From the NCBI GenBank assembly GCA_041725895.1, contig JBGRQA010000005.1, positions 141,134-205,133 on the forward strand: a stretch of DNA of 64,000 nucleotides. The letters run 5' to 3'. Of the stretch, positions 31,347 through 41,921 are shown one piece after another. The first letter of the stretch is position 1, and each line of letters starts with the position of its first letter. Both the position numbers and the translations under genes were made by a program. Source of the DNA: Marinifilaceae bacterium (GTDB lineage Bacteria; Bacteroidota; Bacteroidia; Bacteroidales; Marinifilaceae). The notes under the pieces were generated by a model, which was not told the DNA's origin, searched no databases, and saw nothing but the letters and a program-made list of their open reading frames with translations.

Positions 31347-32825
31347 TCACCTTCCGATGAACCTCTTTAGTGAGGGCCAAAGCTTCTCCTGAACAATAAC
31401 AAATCCTACAAATAAAACCAGCAGAGGAGTGCGCAACAACATATCAATCCATTGATTATCTGTCTGAATCAGTTTCCCAAAGAAAAAGAGCAACAATCCA
31501 AAACCAAAATAGACAAGAATAGATTTTAAATCGTAAGGAATTGGATACTTTTTCTGACCGAGAACATAAGACACTACCGTCATCAGAAAGAAACAAGCAA
31601 AAGCGGCAATTGCGGCACCCATGTACCCAATAAATGGAACCAGCAAAACATTTAGAACAAGAGTCAAAGCAGAACCTCCTATCGCAATGTAAGCTCCGTA
31701 TTTTGTATTGTCACTCAATTTGTACCAAAGTGACAAAGAAAAAAAGATTCCTAAAAACAAGTTGGCCATCAACACAAAAGGAACAACAACCAAGCCCTCA
31801 TGGTAACTTTTATCAATCAATAACTTCACCAAATCGAGGTAGAACATTACACCAAGAAAAATTAGCATTCCAAACACCACAAAATACTTCAGTACATCAG
31901 CATAAACCCTGTGTGAATTCTCGTTCTTAGCCTGAGAAAAGAAAAACGGCTCAAAGGCAAAACGAAATGCCTGGATAAACAGAGTCATTATCACCCCCAA
32001 TTTATAATTTGCCCCGTAAATCCCGGTCTGAAACATAGGATTCTGATCGGCAGGAATCAATTTGGGCATAAGCATCTTATCTGCATTAATGTTTATCATT
32101 CCCGCAATACTAACCATTAATATGGGAAAAGAGTAGGATAACATCCTCTTTAGCAAAGAAAAGTCGATAGTACGCTCAAACTTAAAAATTTCGGGGACTA
32201 ACAATAGAACATTGGTCAAGCTGGCAATGAAATAGGCAATAAATATATAGCCTATCCCAATTTCAGGATTGTAAATGTAATGAAGGGGAAAACTGCTGAA
32301 ATTCTTGACAATCCAGGGACAGAGCAACAGGAAAAAAAGATTTAGACCTATATTCACACCAATATTGGCCAATTTGATGAAAGCAAATCGGGCGGGTCGC
32401 TTTTGCTGACGTAATTTGGCAAATGGCAAGGCGGTTAGGGCATCCATACCAACAGTCAGTGCTAGCAAATAAATATATTCTGGGTGATCGGGAATCTCCA
32501 AAAAAGTAGAAATATTACCGGAAAAGCCGAACAAAACGAACCAAAACAATGCTGTAGTAAGAGTTAAAGCAAACATACCCGTAGGATAAACTCTTTCTCC
32601 GTACTTCTCATCCGAAGCAAACCTAAAAAAACCGGTTTCCATACCATAGGTGAGAACGACCAAAAGGAAGGCTACATAGGACATCAAATTGGTTACAACA
32701 CCATATTCTCCTGCAAGGAAAATTCGGGTGTAAAGAGGAACCAGTAACCAATTTAGCAATCTCCCTAAAATAGTACTAACTCCATAAATGGCGGTTTCCC
32801 CTGCCAATTTTTTCAATGGATTCAA
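31347..32825 (-). CDS. MOP-superfamily polysaccharide/oligosaccharide flippase
   Basis: 492 aa with roughly 12-14 TM helices. The N-terminus LAGETAIYGVSTILGRLLNWLLVPLYT is typical of Wzx-like proteins. Confidence 0.75.
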   Translation of the reverse strand: MNPLKKLAGETAIYGVSTILGRLLNWLLVPLYTRIFLAGEYGVVTNLMSYVAFLLVVLTYGMETGFFRFASDEKYGERVYPTGMFALTLTTALFWFVLFGFSGNISTFLEIPDHPEYIYLLALTVGMDALTALPFAKLRQQKRPARFAFIKLANIGVNIGLNLFFLLLCPWIVKNFSSFPLHYIYNPEIGIGYIFIAYFIASLTNVLLLVPEIFKFERTIDFSLLKRMLSYSFPILMVSIAGMININADKMLMPKLIPADQNPMFQTGIYGANYKLGVIMTLFIQAFRFAFEPFFFSQAKNENSHRVYADVLKYFVVFGMLIFLGVMFYLDLVKLLIDKSYHEGLVVVPFVLMANLFLGIFFSLSLWYKLSDNTKYGAYIAIGGSALTLVLNVLLVPFIGYMGAAIAAFACFFLMTVVSYVLGQKKYPIPYDLKSILVYFGFGLLLFFFGKLIQTDNQWIDMLLRTPLLVLFVGFVIVQEKLWPSLKRFIGR

Positions 32826-32942
32826 TTGTTCTGGAATTTAAATATTTAACATTAAAACTGACTACAAAGATAGAAATCCTAAAGGATATTATTGCCATAA
32901 AAAGAATAACCGCACATTTGCATAAAAGAACTGAGAACAGGG

Positions 32943-32964
32943 GAATGTTCCACGTGAAGCATTC
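32943..32964. promoter_or_regulatory. imperfect palindrome GAATGTTCCACGTGAAGCATTC (second copy of the TGTTCCACGTG box)
   Basis: Located in the divergent intergenic region between the flippase and ABC ATPase genes. It matches the 19429 palindrome at 16 of 18 positions. Confidence 0.3.
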
Positions 32965-33041
32965 AAGTGGAAATAGAATTCTTGTTTGAAAGTAGCGAAT
33001 CGTTTACTAACTTGGTTCAATAAAAATTAATCAAAGCCCAA

Positions 33042-33722
33042 ATGATTCAAATTAACCAGCTTTCAAAAATATTCAGAACAGAAGAAATCGAAACAACCGC
33101 ATTGAACCAGGTGAATCTTAAAATCCAAAAAGGAGAATTTGTGGCAATTATGGGACCATCAGGTTGTGGAAAATCCACCCTTCTAAATATTCTTGGCTTA
33201 TTAGATAATCCGAGTTCGGGAGAAATCTATCTGGATGGGCAGGAGGTCTCAAAATATTCGGAAAGACAGCGTACTATTCTTCGTAAAGGCAATATCGGTT
33301 TTGTATTTCAGAGTTTTAATCTAATCGATGAATTAACTGTAGCGGAAAACATTGAACTTCCTTTACTCTACCAAAAAACCTCAACCAAAGAACGTAAACA
33401 GAAGGTTAGGGAGATTATGGAACAAATGAACATCGCTCATAGAAGGAAACATTTTCCCCAACAACTTTCGGGAGGGCAACAGCAAAGGGTTGCTATAGCC
33501 AGAGCCGTTGTCTGCAATCCAAAACTCATTTTAGCGGATGAGCCTACGGGAAATTTGGATTCTACAAATGGGAATGAGGTTATGGAACTACTCTCGCAAT
33601 TGAACGAAACCGGAACCACAATTGTAATGGTAACCCATTCCCCGGAGGATGCTCAAAGAGCCCATCGAATTATCAATCTATTCGATGGCAAAATCGTAAC
33701 AGAAAATCCTATTCTGCACTAA
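33042..33722 (+). CDS. ABC transporter ATP-binding protein (MacB/LolD-like)
   Basis: Walker A GPSGCGKST, signature LSGGQQQR, Walker B LILADEPT. No adjacent permease gene. Confidence 0.92.
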   Translation: MIQINQLSKIFRTEEIETTALNQVNLKIQKGEFVAIMGPSGCGKSTLLNILGLLDNPSSGEIYLDGQEVSKYSERQRTILRKGNIGFVFQSFNLIDELTVAENIELPLLYQKTSTKERKQKVREIMEQMNIAHRRKHFPQQLSGGQQQRVAIARAVVCNPKLILADEPTGNLDSTNGNEVMELLSQLNETGTTIVMVTHSPEDAQRAHRIINLFDGKIVTENPILH

Positions 33723-33938
33723 ATGGATCAAATTGGCCCTTTCAATCGCAAAGAAAATCAGAAAAGTTTCTGTTCTATGAAGATTCATTACTAATTAAAA
33801 CGATTTCGATAAAATTCATTGATACTTTTTGTGTTAGATGCGGTCTAATACTTTTTTTAACGACTTTTTTTTGCGAGATTTGCACCCAACGCTTTTTAGG
33901 AACGTTTATGTTAGTGTTTGTTGTTTAAGTATTTTGTG

Positions 33939-33979
33939 AAACATCCCAACCCCCAAGTTGGGATGTTTCTTTTTTATTT
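33939..33979 (+). terminator. strong intrinsic terminator 217 nt downstream of the ABC ATPase gene
   Basis: Stem AAACATCCCAAC-ccccaa-GTTGGGATGTTT followed by CTTTTTTATTT. Confidence 0.7.
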
Positions 33980-34072
33980 ACACTAGACAAAATGCTTTTA
34001 CGGAAAGGAATCTCACCCCAATTTTCAACAGCAAGCAATATCAATTTCTCTCCCCTTTTTTATTAATTCAAC

Positions 34073-34441
34073 TTATCGAATTTCTTTCCCAAAAGGAGTA
34101 AGAGCATATCCGGCTAATTTTATATGCTGTTTTGCAAATGGAAGCCCGATAATAGTAATGGCAAATAGCACAGCCCAAAAAAGATGGGTAATAGCAATCC
34201 AGAATCCTCCAATAAAAATCCAGATAATATTGAGCAATATGGCTAAACACCCGGAAGCACTTTCGGTTTGCACAATCTCCTGACCAAAGGGTGCCAAAGC
34301 AAGTACGGATAACTTGATAATTTTAATTCCAAAAGGAATCCCTACAATAGTGCAGCACATCAGCAAACCAGCTATCAAATACTCAAGAAAAACAAAGAGT
34401 CCACCAAAAATGATCCAAATAATATTTCCTAAGATACTCAT
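34073..34441 (-). CDS. yccF: YccF domain-containing inner membrane protein
   Basis: Internally duplicated motif N.IW.I.GG......H......L....IG.PF..... and a size of 122 aa. Confidence 0.8.
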   Translation of the reverse strand: MSILGNIIWIIFGGLFVFLEYLIAGLLMCCTIVGIPFGIKIIKLSVLALAPFGQEIVQTESASGCLAILLNIIWIFIGGFWIAITHLFWAVLFAITIIGLPFAKQHIKLAGYALTPFGKEIR

Positions 34442-34695
34442 AATACAATTGAATTTTAAATTGACTACTAAATTAACATAATTTTACCAAATCCAAAACA
34501 GCTTACTGGACTACTCCAGATCGTACAAAAGACGAACTCCAAAAATAAGAATGAATTCCCTCTACTGATGGATAGAAAATAAATCAGCCCAAAAACAGCA
34601 CATCAAAAAAAAGGTTTGGATACTAACTTGAAGGTAGCTAAGGAAACTCCAATATTCAAGCAATAGAATTCTAGGTCAGATGAACGAACAATGTT

Positions 34696-35691
34696 TTATA
34701 GCCTCCTGGTAAAAGAAAGTTGAATGACAATATCCGGAGCGGTATTGGCAACTAAGTCCTCAACAATCCCCAACTCAAATCCGGTTTTGGGATTCAAAAC
34801 AAATTCGGCCCCAAAGCCTACTTGAACAGAGGCCTTTCCCAATTGTTTGGTGGAGGATTCCCGATAGAACGGACCGTTCCAATCCAACTGAAGTTTGGGA
34901 ACAAGTCGATGCTGAATTCCAAAGGCCCATCCCAAGGATCCAAAACCAACCCTGGAACGCTGAATCTCCTCTAGCAAGCCTCCTTGTCCGGGAAACAGGA
35001 TTCCCCCTGAATAGTAAAACAAAGTCCCTCTATATCCATTGACCGACCCTATGGTACCATTCAACTGAACCGAAAAATCAGTGGATCCGCTACCGATAAG
35101 CTGCCTTTTATTTCCTGTAGGGAGTTTTAAAGCGGTTCGAAGGCAAAGAGTATGCCCTTTCCGATTAAGGAGCTTAAAAGCCCCTAGTAGGCTTACATCG
35201 CCTAGTCCCGAAGAAGGTTGTTCCAAACTTACAATTTTGTTACCATTGAAGGAATAAAAATAGCCCATTTCGTTATACGGCATTTGACTACGAGCCTTCC
35301 CAGGTAGATTAAAGGCCTCGTGCCAGGAGGAAATAAGATGATCCAAACCGCCGGTAGTATGACGAACTAGCGGCAAATCAATTCCTAATTCCAACCAATC
35401 CAGAAAACCATAACGAACAGAGAAATCCATTCGATACATCTCTCCATCGAGGTACACCCTTTCATTATAAAATCTTTTGGCACTGGCATTACTTACCAGA
35501 TTGATGTGATTGTGAAATATGAATTCACCAGTCTCCAACAGTGCCCCACCCTCATTTCCTTGGAGTCCAAAAAAATGAATTAACGGACTTTGATTGTGGG
35601 TGTAAAAAGGAGCAACCTTATATTGCGAAAAGGCTGATCCTGATAGTAAAATCAGAATCAGCCCCAATATATGTTTTTTGATTTTCAGCAC
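34696..35691 (-). CDS. outer-membrane beta-barrel-like protein (DUF3187-like)
   Basis: Signal peptide ending SAFSQ, alternating beta-strand pattern and a C-terminal aromatic residue. The family name is from memory. Confidence 0.5.
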   Translation of the reverse strand: MLKIKKHILGLILILLSGSAFSQYKVAPFYTHNQSPLIHFFGLQGNEGGALLETGEFIFHNHINLVSNASAKRFYNERVYLDGEMYRMDFSVRYGFLDWLELGIDLPLVRHTTGGLDHLISSWHEAFNLPGKARSQMPYNEMGYFYSFNGNKIVSLEQPSSGLGDVSLLGAFKLLNRKGHTLCLRTALKLPTGNKRQLIGSGSTDFSVQLNGTIGSVNGYRGTLFYYSGGILFPGQGGLLEEIQRSRVGFGSLGWAFGIQHRLVPKLQLDWNGPFYRESSTKQLGKASVQVGFGAEFVLNPKTGFELGIVEDLVANTAPDIVIQLSFTRRL

Positions 35692-35725
35692 ATCTCCAAA
35701 AAATAGTGAGCTGTAAATCTAATAA

Positions 35726-37102
35726 TTATTTCCAGGTTTTTCGAATAGGATGAGCCTCGCTGTTAAAAATCACCTCCCTGAAATTCAATGTCTCCTTGGG
35801 AGCAAAAAGCAAATACAAATATTTCATTGTCTCAGCGAAAAAGAAACTCTGAAGAATATCATTCTTCTCTTTAGATACAATATCACTAAGCTCGCTGTAT
35901 CCTACTTCAGTTCTACAGTTTTGAATCAGACTTTCAAAATACTCCTGTCCTACTTTCAGATACTTTTCATCCCTGGTATACTGATACAGGTAATAGGCCG
36001 ATTCAAGGTTACCTGGCCGAAGGAAATAGTGCCCCCAAACAACTTCTTTGGATCTATAATCTATTTGCTCAGGCTCAACTCCATACAGCTTCCAAATACG
36101 GCGGCAGGATTCCTCAAGCTTTTGAGCCTGCCTCAAATCGCCACCCAGAGCTAAAACCGAGGGAAATGAGGCTTCCAACGCACCAAAATGGGAGTGTGTT
36201 CTGGCCCCGGTGTGCATGTCCACATGTCCATACCAAAGATCTCCATCATATTCCTGGGCCAAATGCTTGTTGATACCCTTAATGGACATCTCCCACATTT
36301 CTTTGCACTCCGCATCACCAAAAAGCAACCAGGCCTTCAAAAGGTATTCATAGTAAGAATCGATACACCCGGAAAGGTGAGCATCCTGATTCAACCATTC
36401 TCCGGTATGAATATTCAAGGTGGTTCCCACCAATCCAAGCTTTGATCGCCTCTGATAAACAGCTACAAGAGCTTTCTTTGCCTTGCTGTAATAAATCGGG
36501 TTCCCTGTCAATTTCGAAAGGCTTCCAAACTCAAGCAGTAGAGTACCAATTTCAGCAGGATTACTGGTTTCCCCTTTCACTTCGCCTGTTTTTAGATTCA
36601 CCCTGGCCCAGGGCATTCCTGTTTCCGTATTAAAAACGGGCAGCAAACGGTTGGCCAGATCAATAGCCAAATCCAAAAACCGGGGATCACCATCCAGCTG
36701 ATAAGCTGAAAGTAAGCTTCCCAAAAAGCGAAGGTTGGTTTCAAATGTCGAAACAAAAATATCACGATCGAAATCGAGCTTCGAAAGAAGCAATTCCTTT
36801 ACTTCTTTGGCCTCTTCGATTAACCCCATCAAAACCATCGTATCAAAAGCATCCATGGGGGTTATCAACATGGATTTATCGTACCAGTTTTTATATGATT
36901 TAGACAACGGCTTTAACTCATCCATTCCCCATGCATATTCCTTGTAACCGTTCCATGCATGTAGAAATTCTGATTTTACCTGATCTGCCATTTCCTCCTT
37001 GTCGAAGGAAGAATTCGTTTTTCGACCATTGGAATTGCATCCTGAACAAAGTCCAATGCCTAGAATCAAAACGAAAATGATACTTTTTTTATCTTTTATC
37101 AT
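35726..37102 (-). CDS. glycoside hydrolase family 47 alpha-1,2-mannosidase (lipoprotein)
   Basis: Lipobox LCSGC plus GH47-like blocks AWNGYKEYAWG.DEL.P, MDAFDTMVLMG and GTLLLEFGSLSKLTG. Confidence 0.8.
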   Translation of the reverse strand: MIKDKKSIIFVLILGIGLCSGCNSNGRKTNSSFDKEEMADQVKSEFLHAWNGYKEYAWGMDELKPLSKSYKNWYDKSMLITPMDAFDTMVLMGLIEEAKEVKELLLSKLDFDRDIFVSTFETNLRFLGSLLSAYQLDGDPRFLDLAIDLANRLLPVFNTETGMPWARVNLKTGEVKGETSNPAEIGTLLLEFGSLSKLTGNPIYYSKAKKALVAVYQRRSKLGLVGTTLNIHTGEWLNQDAHLSGCIDSYYEYLLKAWLLFGDAECKEMWEMSIKGINKHLAQEYDGDLWYGHVDMHTGARTHSHFGALEASFPSVLALGGDLRQAQKLEESCRRIWKLYGVEPEQIDYRSKEVVWGHYFLRPGNLESAYYLYQYTRDEKYLKVGQEYFESLIQNCRTEVGYSELSDIVSKEKNDILQSFFFAETMKYLYLLFAPKETLNFREVIFNSEAHPIRKTWK

Positions 37103-37176
37103 AACAACCGAGATTTAGCCTTACTCATACAGAAATGCCTATTCATGGGTTCCTGGAATACTTCAATATCGAAAAT

Positions 37177-39453
37177 TTATCTTTTTTTTGTCATTGATGG
37201 CGGAAAATCAGCAGAATTGGTAGCCCATTGAGTATTGGGCTGAGCTCCCATTTCAAATTTCAATTCTCCTCCATCAATTACTTCCTTGTGATAAATAAAG
37301 GATCGATTCAATTCTTTTCCGTTCAAAAACACTTTCTGAATATAAATGTTTTCATCAGAAACATTGGGGGCAACAACTCTAAAGTCCTTTCCTTTAGACA
37401 AACTTAGAACCGTTTCCTTAAATAAAGGAGTCCCAAAAACATAGATTCCTTCAACAGGGTTTACCGGGTAGAAACCAACCGAAGAGAATACATACCAGGC
37501 TGACATTTGCCCACAATCGTCGTTTCCACAAATTCCATTCGCTTCTGCAGTAAACATCTCTTTACGAATCCTGTGAACCAGTTCCTGGGTCTTCCACCCC
37601 TGTCCTACGTAATTGTACATATAGGCAACATGATGGCTGGGTTCATTGCCCTGGGCATACTGCCCGATCAATCCGGAAATATCCACGGAAGCATTTTCCC
37701 CTTTCACTTCCTGTTCCAGTGTAAATAAGCTATCCAATTTGGAAACGAAAGCGTCCTTTCCTCCGTGCAATTGAACAAGGCCCTCAATATCATGAGGCAC
37801 AAACCAGGAATATTGCCATGCATTTCCTTCGGTATATTCATCATCACGATGGTTGGAGTATAGAGGGTCAAATTTTTGCTTCCATTGCCCCTTTGCATTT
37901 TTGCCACGCATAAAACCTGTAGAAGCATCAAAAAGGTTTCGGAAACTGTTGGCCCGATTCATAAAATAATGGTAGTCCTCGCTCTTACCCAAAGCCTTTG
38001 CAACCTGGGCTATACACCAGTCATCGTAGGCATACTCCAATGTTTTGGAAACCGATTCATTCTCCATCTCCCATGGAATATAGTTGTATTTCTTCAAAGC
38101 CGATAAGCCCCAATGATCCTTCATGGCTGTTGCTTTCATAGCTTCATAGGCCAGCTCAGCATCGAAATCGCCAATCCCTTTAAAATAGGCTTCGGCAATT
38201 ACTGGAACCGAATGGTAACCAATCATACAAAAAGTTTCATTTCCACATAGATCCCAAATGGGCAGCTGTCCGAAAGCTTTGTAATAATCCAGCATGGATT
38301 TTACCATATCCCCCGCCTTTTCGGTCTGGGTTAAGGTAAACAATGGATGAGCAGCACGAAAAGTATCCCAAAGCGAAAAAACAGTGTACTGAACATGGCC
38401 ATTGGCCTTGTGAATCTTATCATCAGGACCTTTGTATTCTCCGTTAGCATCGGAATGGGTATAGGGTGCCAAATAGGAATGATAAGCTGCAGTGTAAAAA
38501 ATCGTTTTCTGTTTTTTATCATCCGATTGAACACGAATCTTAGCCAGTTCCTTTTCCCAAATAGCATCAGCCTTTGAAACCACCGAATCGAAATCCCAAT
38601 CAGTTAACTCGGTCTCTATGTTTTTCAACGCGCCTTGAATACTTGCAGACGAGATTCCAACTTTAACCATTACCTGATCGGTTGAATCACCAAAATCCAA
38701 ATAGGCAGTGAGTCCTTTTCCTTTAAAGTCCTGTTCTTTTGCAGCTATTTGAAACTCCTTCTCTCCAATAAAGGCCTGAAAGGCCTTGGAAAAACGTGCC
38801 ACAAAATAAACTCGTTGATCTTTCGCCCATCCCTTTGAAAGACGATACCCAACCAGAGTATGATCGTCCAAAACCTTAAAATGAGATTGTACCGGATCGT
38901 CCCAATTCACTTTATACTTTAAATCCACAATCAGGGCCTTTTTCCCATTGGCTGGAAAACTGTATCGGTGAAAACCACAACGTTGAGAAACGGTTAGTTC
39001 CGATTTAATCCCATTGTCCAGTGTTAAGGCATAGTACCCAGGTTTGGCAATTTCATTTTTATGATTGTACAAAGCCCAGGAAGACTGGTAAAAATCATCC
39101 ACTCCCTGATCCTTTTTGATTTTATTCTGAACAGGAAGAAACTTAACATCCTGTAAATCTCCAATTCCAGTACCACTCAGGTGGGTGTGAGAGAATCCAG
39201 CAAGAACACTATCAGCATAATTGTACCCCGAACACCAGTCCCATCCCTGGGTTGGATTGTCGGGACTCAATTGTACTCCTCCAAAAGGCAAAACAGCCCC
39301 GGGAAAAGTGTGTCCATGATCGGCCGTTCCAATCAATGGATCCACAAAATCGGTTAGTTTTTCCCCTTTTTGCTCAGTTGTTGAAGCACAAGAAACCAAA
39401 AGACCGGCAGCAACAACGGAACAAAAAATTCGATTAAGTTGTTTTTTAAGCAT
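37177..39453 (-). CDS. glycoside hydrolase family 92 alpha-mannosidase (lipoprotein)
   Basis: Lipobox LLVSC. GH92 N-terminal block VDPLIGTADHGHTFPGA, 758 aa. Confidence 0.9.
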   Translation of the reverse strand: MLKKQLNRIFCSVVAAGLLVSCASTTEQKGEKLTDFVDPLIGTADHGHTFPGAVLPFGGVQLSPDNPTQGWDWCSGYNYADSVLAGFSHTHLSGTGIGDLQDVKFLPVQNKIKKDQGVDDFYQSSWALYNHKNEIAKPGYYALTLDNGIKSELTVSQRCGFHRYSFPANGKKALIVDLKYKVNWDDPVQSHFKVLDDHTLVGYRLSKGWAKDQRVYFVARFSKAFQAFIGEKEFQIAAKEQDFKGKGLTAYLDFGDSTDQVMVKVGISSASIQGALKNIETELTDWDFDSVVSKADAIWEKELAKIRVQSDDKKQKTIFYTAAYHSYLAPYTHSDANGEYKGPDDKIHKANGHVQYTVFSLWDTFRAAHPLFTLTQTEKAGDMVKSMLDYYKAFGQLPIWDLCGNETFCMIGYHSVPVIAEAYFKGIGDFDAELAYEAMKATAMKDHWGLSALKKYNYIPWEMENESVSKTLEYAYDDWCIAQVAKALGKSEDYHYFMNRANSFRNLFDASTGFMRGKNAKGQWKQKFDPLYSNHRDDEYTEGNAWQYSWFVPHDIEGLVQLHGGKDAFVSKLDSLFTLEQEVKGENASVDISGLIGQYAQGNEPSHHVAYMYNYVGQGWKTQELVHRIRKEMFTAEANGICGNDDCGQMSAWYVFSSVGFYPVNPVEGIYVFGTPLFKETVLSLSKGKDFRVVAPNVSDENIYIQKVFLNGKELNRSFIYHKEVIDGGELKFEMGAQPNTQWATNSADFPPSMTKKR

Positions 39454-40438
39454 GATTAATAGTTTTGTTTAGGAATTTTTCATCATTCTCCAACTCTTTC
39501 CATACCAAAGCACTCGCTCCCAAAATGGCGGCATTGCTCTTCAAGCCGGAAGGCAATAACTTCACCTTGTTCTTGAAAATATTCAGCATGTTCTCCTCCA
39601 TGTGATGCTGAGTTGGTTTAAATATCAAATCCCCTGCCTTTGCGAGTCCACCAAAAAGAAAAATAGCCTCCGGATTGGTCACAGCAACCGCATTGGCCAG
39701 AGCCAGCCCCAACATCTGCCCGGTATATTCAAACGTTTCAATTGCTATTTTATCGCCACCGGTAGCTGCATCGTTCACCAATTTGGCATTGAGCTGATTA
39801 AAGGGAACGTCGCGAAGAACACTCTCCTCTCGGTATTTGGCCATCAGTTTCTGGGCAGTACGTTTCACCCCTGTGGCAGAAACATAGGTTTCCAAACAAC
39901 CCCTGCGACCACATCCGCAATGACGTCCTCCGGGCCGAACCAACATGTGCCCCACTTCTCCGGCAAAACCATCGTGTCCATACAGTAATTCCCCGTTCAC
40001 AACTATCCCACTGCCCAAACCGGTTCCCAGAGTAATCACCATAAAATTTTTCATTCCTTTGGCTCCCCCGTAGATCATTTCCCCAATAGCTGCAGCATTG
40101 GCATCATTGGTAAGAAAAGTTGGGACCTTAAAATGATCCTCAACCATTTGAGCCAAGGGAATCACGCCATCCCATCGCAGATTTCCTGCATGCTCAATGG
40201 TTCCGTTGTAAAAATTTCCGTTAGGTGCACCAATACCAATGCCTACAATCTCCAAATCGGGGCCGAAACAGGCAATGTGTTTATCTATTTCAGAAAAAAG
40301 CTCCTCCAGATACTTCTCTATCTCTCCGTGTTTTTGAGTGGGGATCGAATCCTCAACAAGGCATTTGCCCTCCCGATTGATAAATCCAAAAACCGTATTG
40401 GTTCCCCCTATATCTATGCCTATTGCAACTTGATTCAT
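39446..40438 (-). CDS. ROK family sugar kinase
   Basis: ATP motif GIDIGGTN and ROK zinc motif GHM...CGCGRRGCLE. Its 3' end overlaps the start of the downstream GH92 gene by 8 nt. Confidence 0.88.
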   Translation of the reverse strand: MNQVAIGIDIGGTNTVFGFINREGKCLVEDSIPTQKHGEIEKYLEELFSEIDKHIACFGPDLEIVGIGIGAPNGNFYNGTIEHAGNLRWDGVIPLAQMVEDHFKVPTFLTNDANAAAIGEMIYGGAKGMKNFMVITLGTGLGSGIVVNGELLYGHDGFAGEVGHMLVRPGGRHCGCGRRGCLETYVSATGVKRTAQKLMAKYREESVLRDVPFNQLNAKLVNDAATGGDKIAIETFEYTGQMLGLALANAVAVTNPEAIFLFGGLAKAGDLIFKPTQHHMEENMLNIFKNKVKLLPSGLKSNAAILGASALVWKELENDEKFLNKTINHA

Positions 40439-40468
40439 TTATATACTTTTTTGTTGTAAATGCTTAAA

Positions 40469-41863
40469 TTATTTGTGCAAGTGACCTCTTACAGCATAGT
40501 AAAAGATGTAGGCATAACATGCGAGTGTAATGATAAAGGCATGATGATATCCCATGATATCAGAAACATACCCCATCAGCAAAGGAATGATTGCTCCCCC
40601 AACAATAGCCATACACAAAATTCCGGATCCCTGAGAGGTGTGCTCCTCCAATCCATCGATAGCAAGAGTAAAAATAGTTGGGAACATAATGGAGTTAAAC
40701 AATCCTACCGAAACGATGGTCCACATAGCAAAATGACCGCTAAAAAAAACAGTTGTTGAAACCAGGCCAACAACAATTGCGGCAAAAATAGCCAGGGTAC
40801 GAGCAGGTTTGTTCTTTCCAATCATAAAAGCAAGAATATTCAACCCTGTAAATGCCAGGAAGATCAGTGCCATTTCAATATCCTTATTGATAGACCATCC
40901 CAAAATAGTTGCACCTACTGCAATGGCCAGAATCAAACCGTAGTATTTCAAGTCTTTTACAGTATCCGAAAGCATAACGGCTCCAAGAAAACGACCAATC
41001 ATAGCTCCCCCCCAATAAAGCGCAACATATTTGGCTCCAGCCTGATGGGAAAGACCAGCAATTTCTGGCTCAGCAAAAAAGAGAATCAAAAAGCTACCAA
41101 TAGCAACTTCTGCTCCAACATACAAAAAGATGGAAATGGCCCCTTTTACCAGGTGAGGAAAATTCCAGGCTGATTTCTTACTGGATGCACTAACGTCTTT
41201 TGTTTCGTTTTGACTCTCAATTTTGGGTAGTTTGGCAAAAGCAAATACCAATGCAATTAGAAAAAGAGTCACAGCAATGCCAATATAAGGCATTTGTACA
41301 GATTCCGCCTTTTCTATGGCAGGAGCACTTTCATCCACAAAAATAAAAACCGCCCCCAACAAAGGAGCAATTGTAGTCCCGAAAGAATTCAATGCCTGTG
41401 TCATATTGAGACGACTGGAGGCATTCTCAGGCTTTCCAAGGATAGCCACATAAGGATTCGCTGCCACCTGAAGAATCGTAATCCCGGAAGCCAGAACAAA
41501 GAATGCAAAAAGGAAAAATGCATAATTAATAATAATGGAAGCGGGATAAAAAAGTAAAGCTCCAATTCCGGTGGTCACCAATCCCAGTACAATACCCCTT
41601 TGGTACCCAACTTTACCTACAATAAAACCAGCAGGAAGCGACATCAGGAAGTACGCTCCAAAAAAAGTAAACTGGATCAGCATGGTTTCCAGATTGGTCA
41701 TCACGAATAATCCCTTTAAATGCGGAATCATAATATCGTTCAAACAAGTGATAAATCCCCACATAAAAAACAGGGAAGTTAACATTGCTAAAGCCGGTCC
41801 GTAATTTTTCCCGGCGCCTGCAACCGCCTTTACATCAGCGGCTGCCATAGATTGACTTGCCAT
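40469..41863 (-). CDS. sugar MFS transporter (FucP / glucose-galactose-mannose type)
   Basis: 12-TM MFS layout. The N-terminal block LFFMWGFITCLNDIMIPHLK is typical of the FucP/GluP family. Confidence 0.85.
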   Translation of the reverse strand: MASQSMAAADVKAVAGAGKNYGPALAMLTSLFFMWGFITCLNDIMIPHLKGLFVMTNLETMLIQFTFFGAYFLMSLPAGFIVGKVGYQRGIVLGLVTTGIGALLFYPASIIINYAFFLFAFFVLASGITILQVAANPYVAILGKPENASSRLNMTQALNSFGTTIAPLLGAVFIFVDESAPAIEKAESVQMPYIGIAVTLFLIALVFAFAKLPKIESQNETKDVSASSKKSAWNFPHLVKGAISIFLYVGAEVAIGSFLILFFAEPEIAGLSHQAGAKYVALYWGGAMIGRFLGAVMLSDTVKDLKYYGLILAIAVGATILGWSINKDIEMALIFLAFTGLNILAFMIGKNKPARTLAIFAAIVVGLVSTTVFFSGHFAMWTIVSVGLFNSIMFPTIFTLAIDGLEEHTSQGSGILCMAIVGGAIIPLLMGYVSDIMGYHHAFIITLACYAYIFYYAVRGHLHK

Positions 41864-41921
41864 TCTCTAAACAATTAATATTTCACAATTATTTTTATCT
41901 CAACTTCTCTTAATTCATGAA

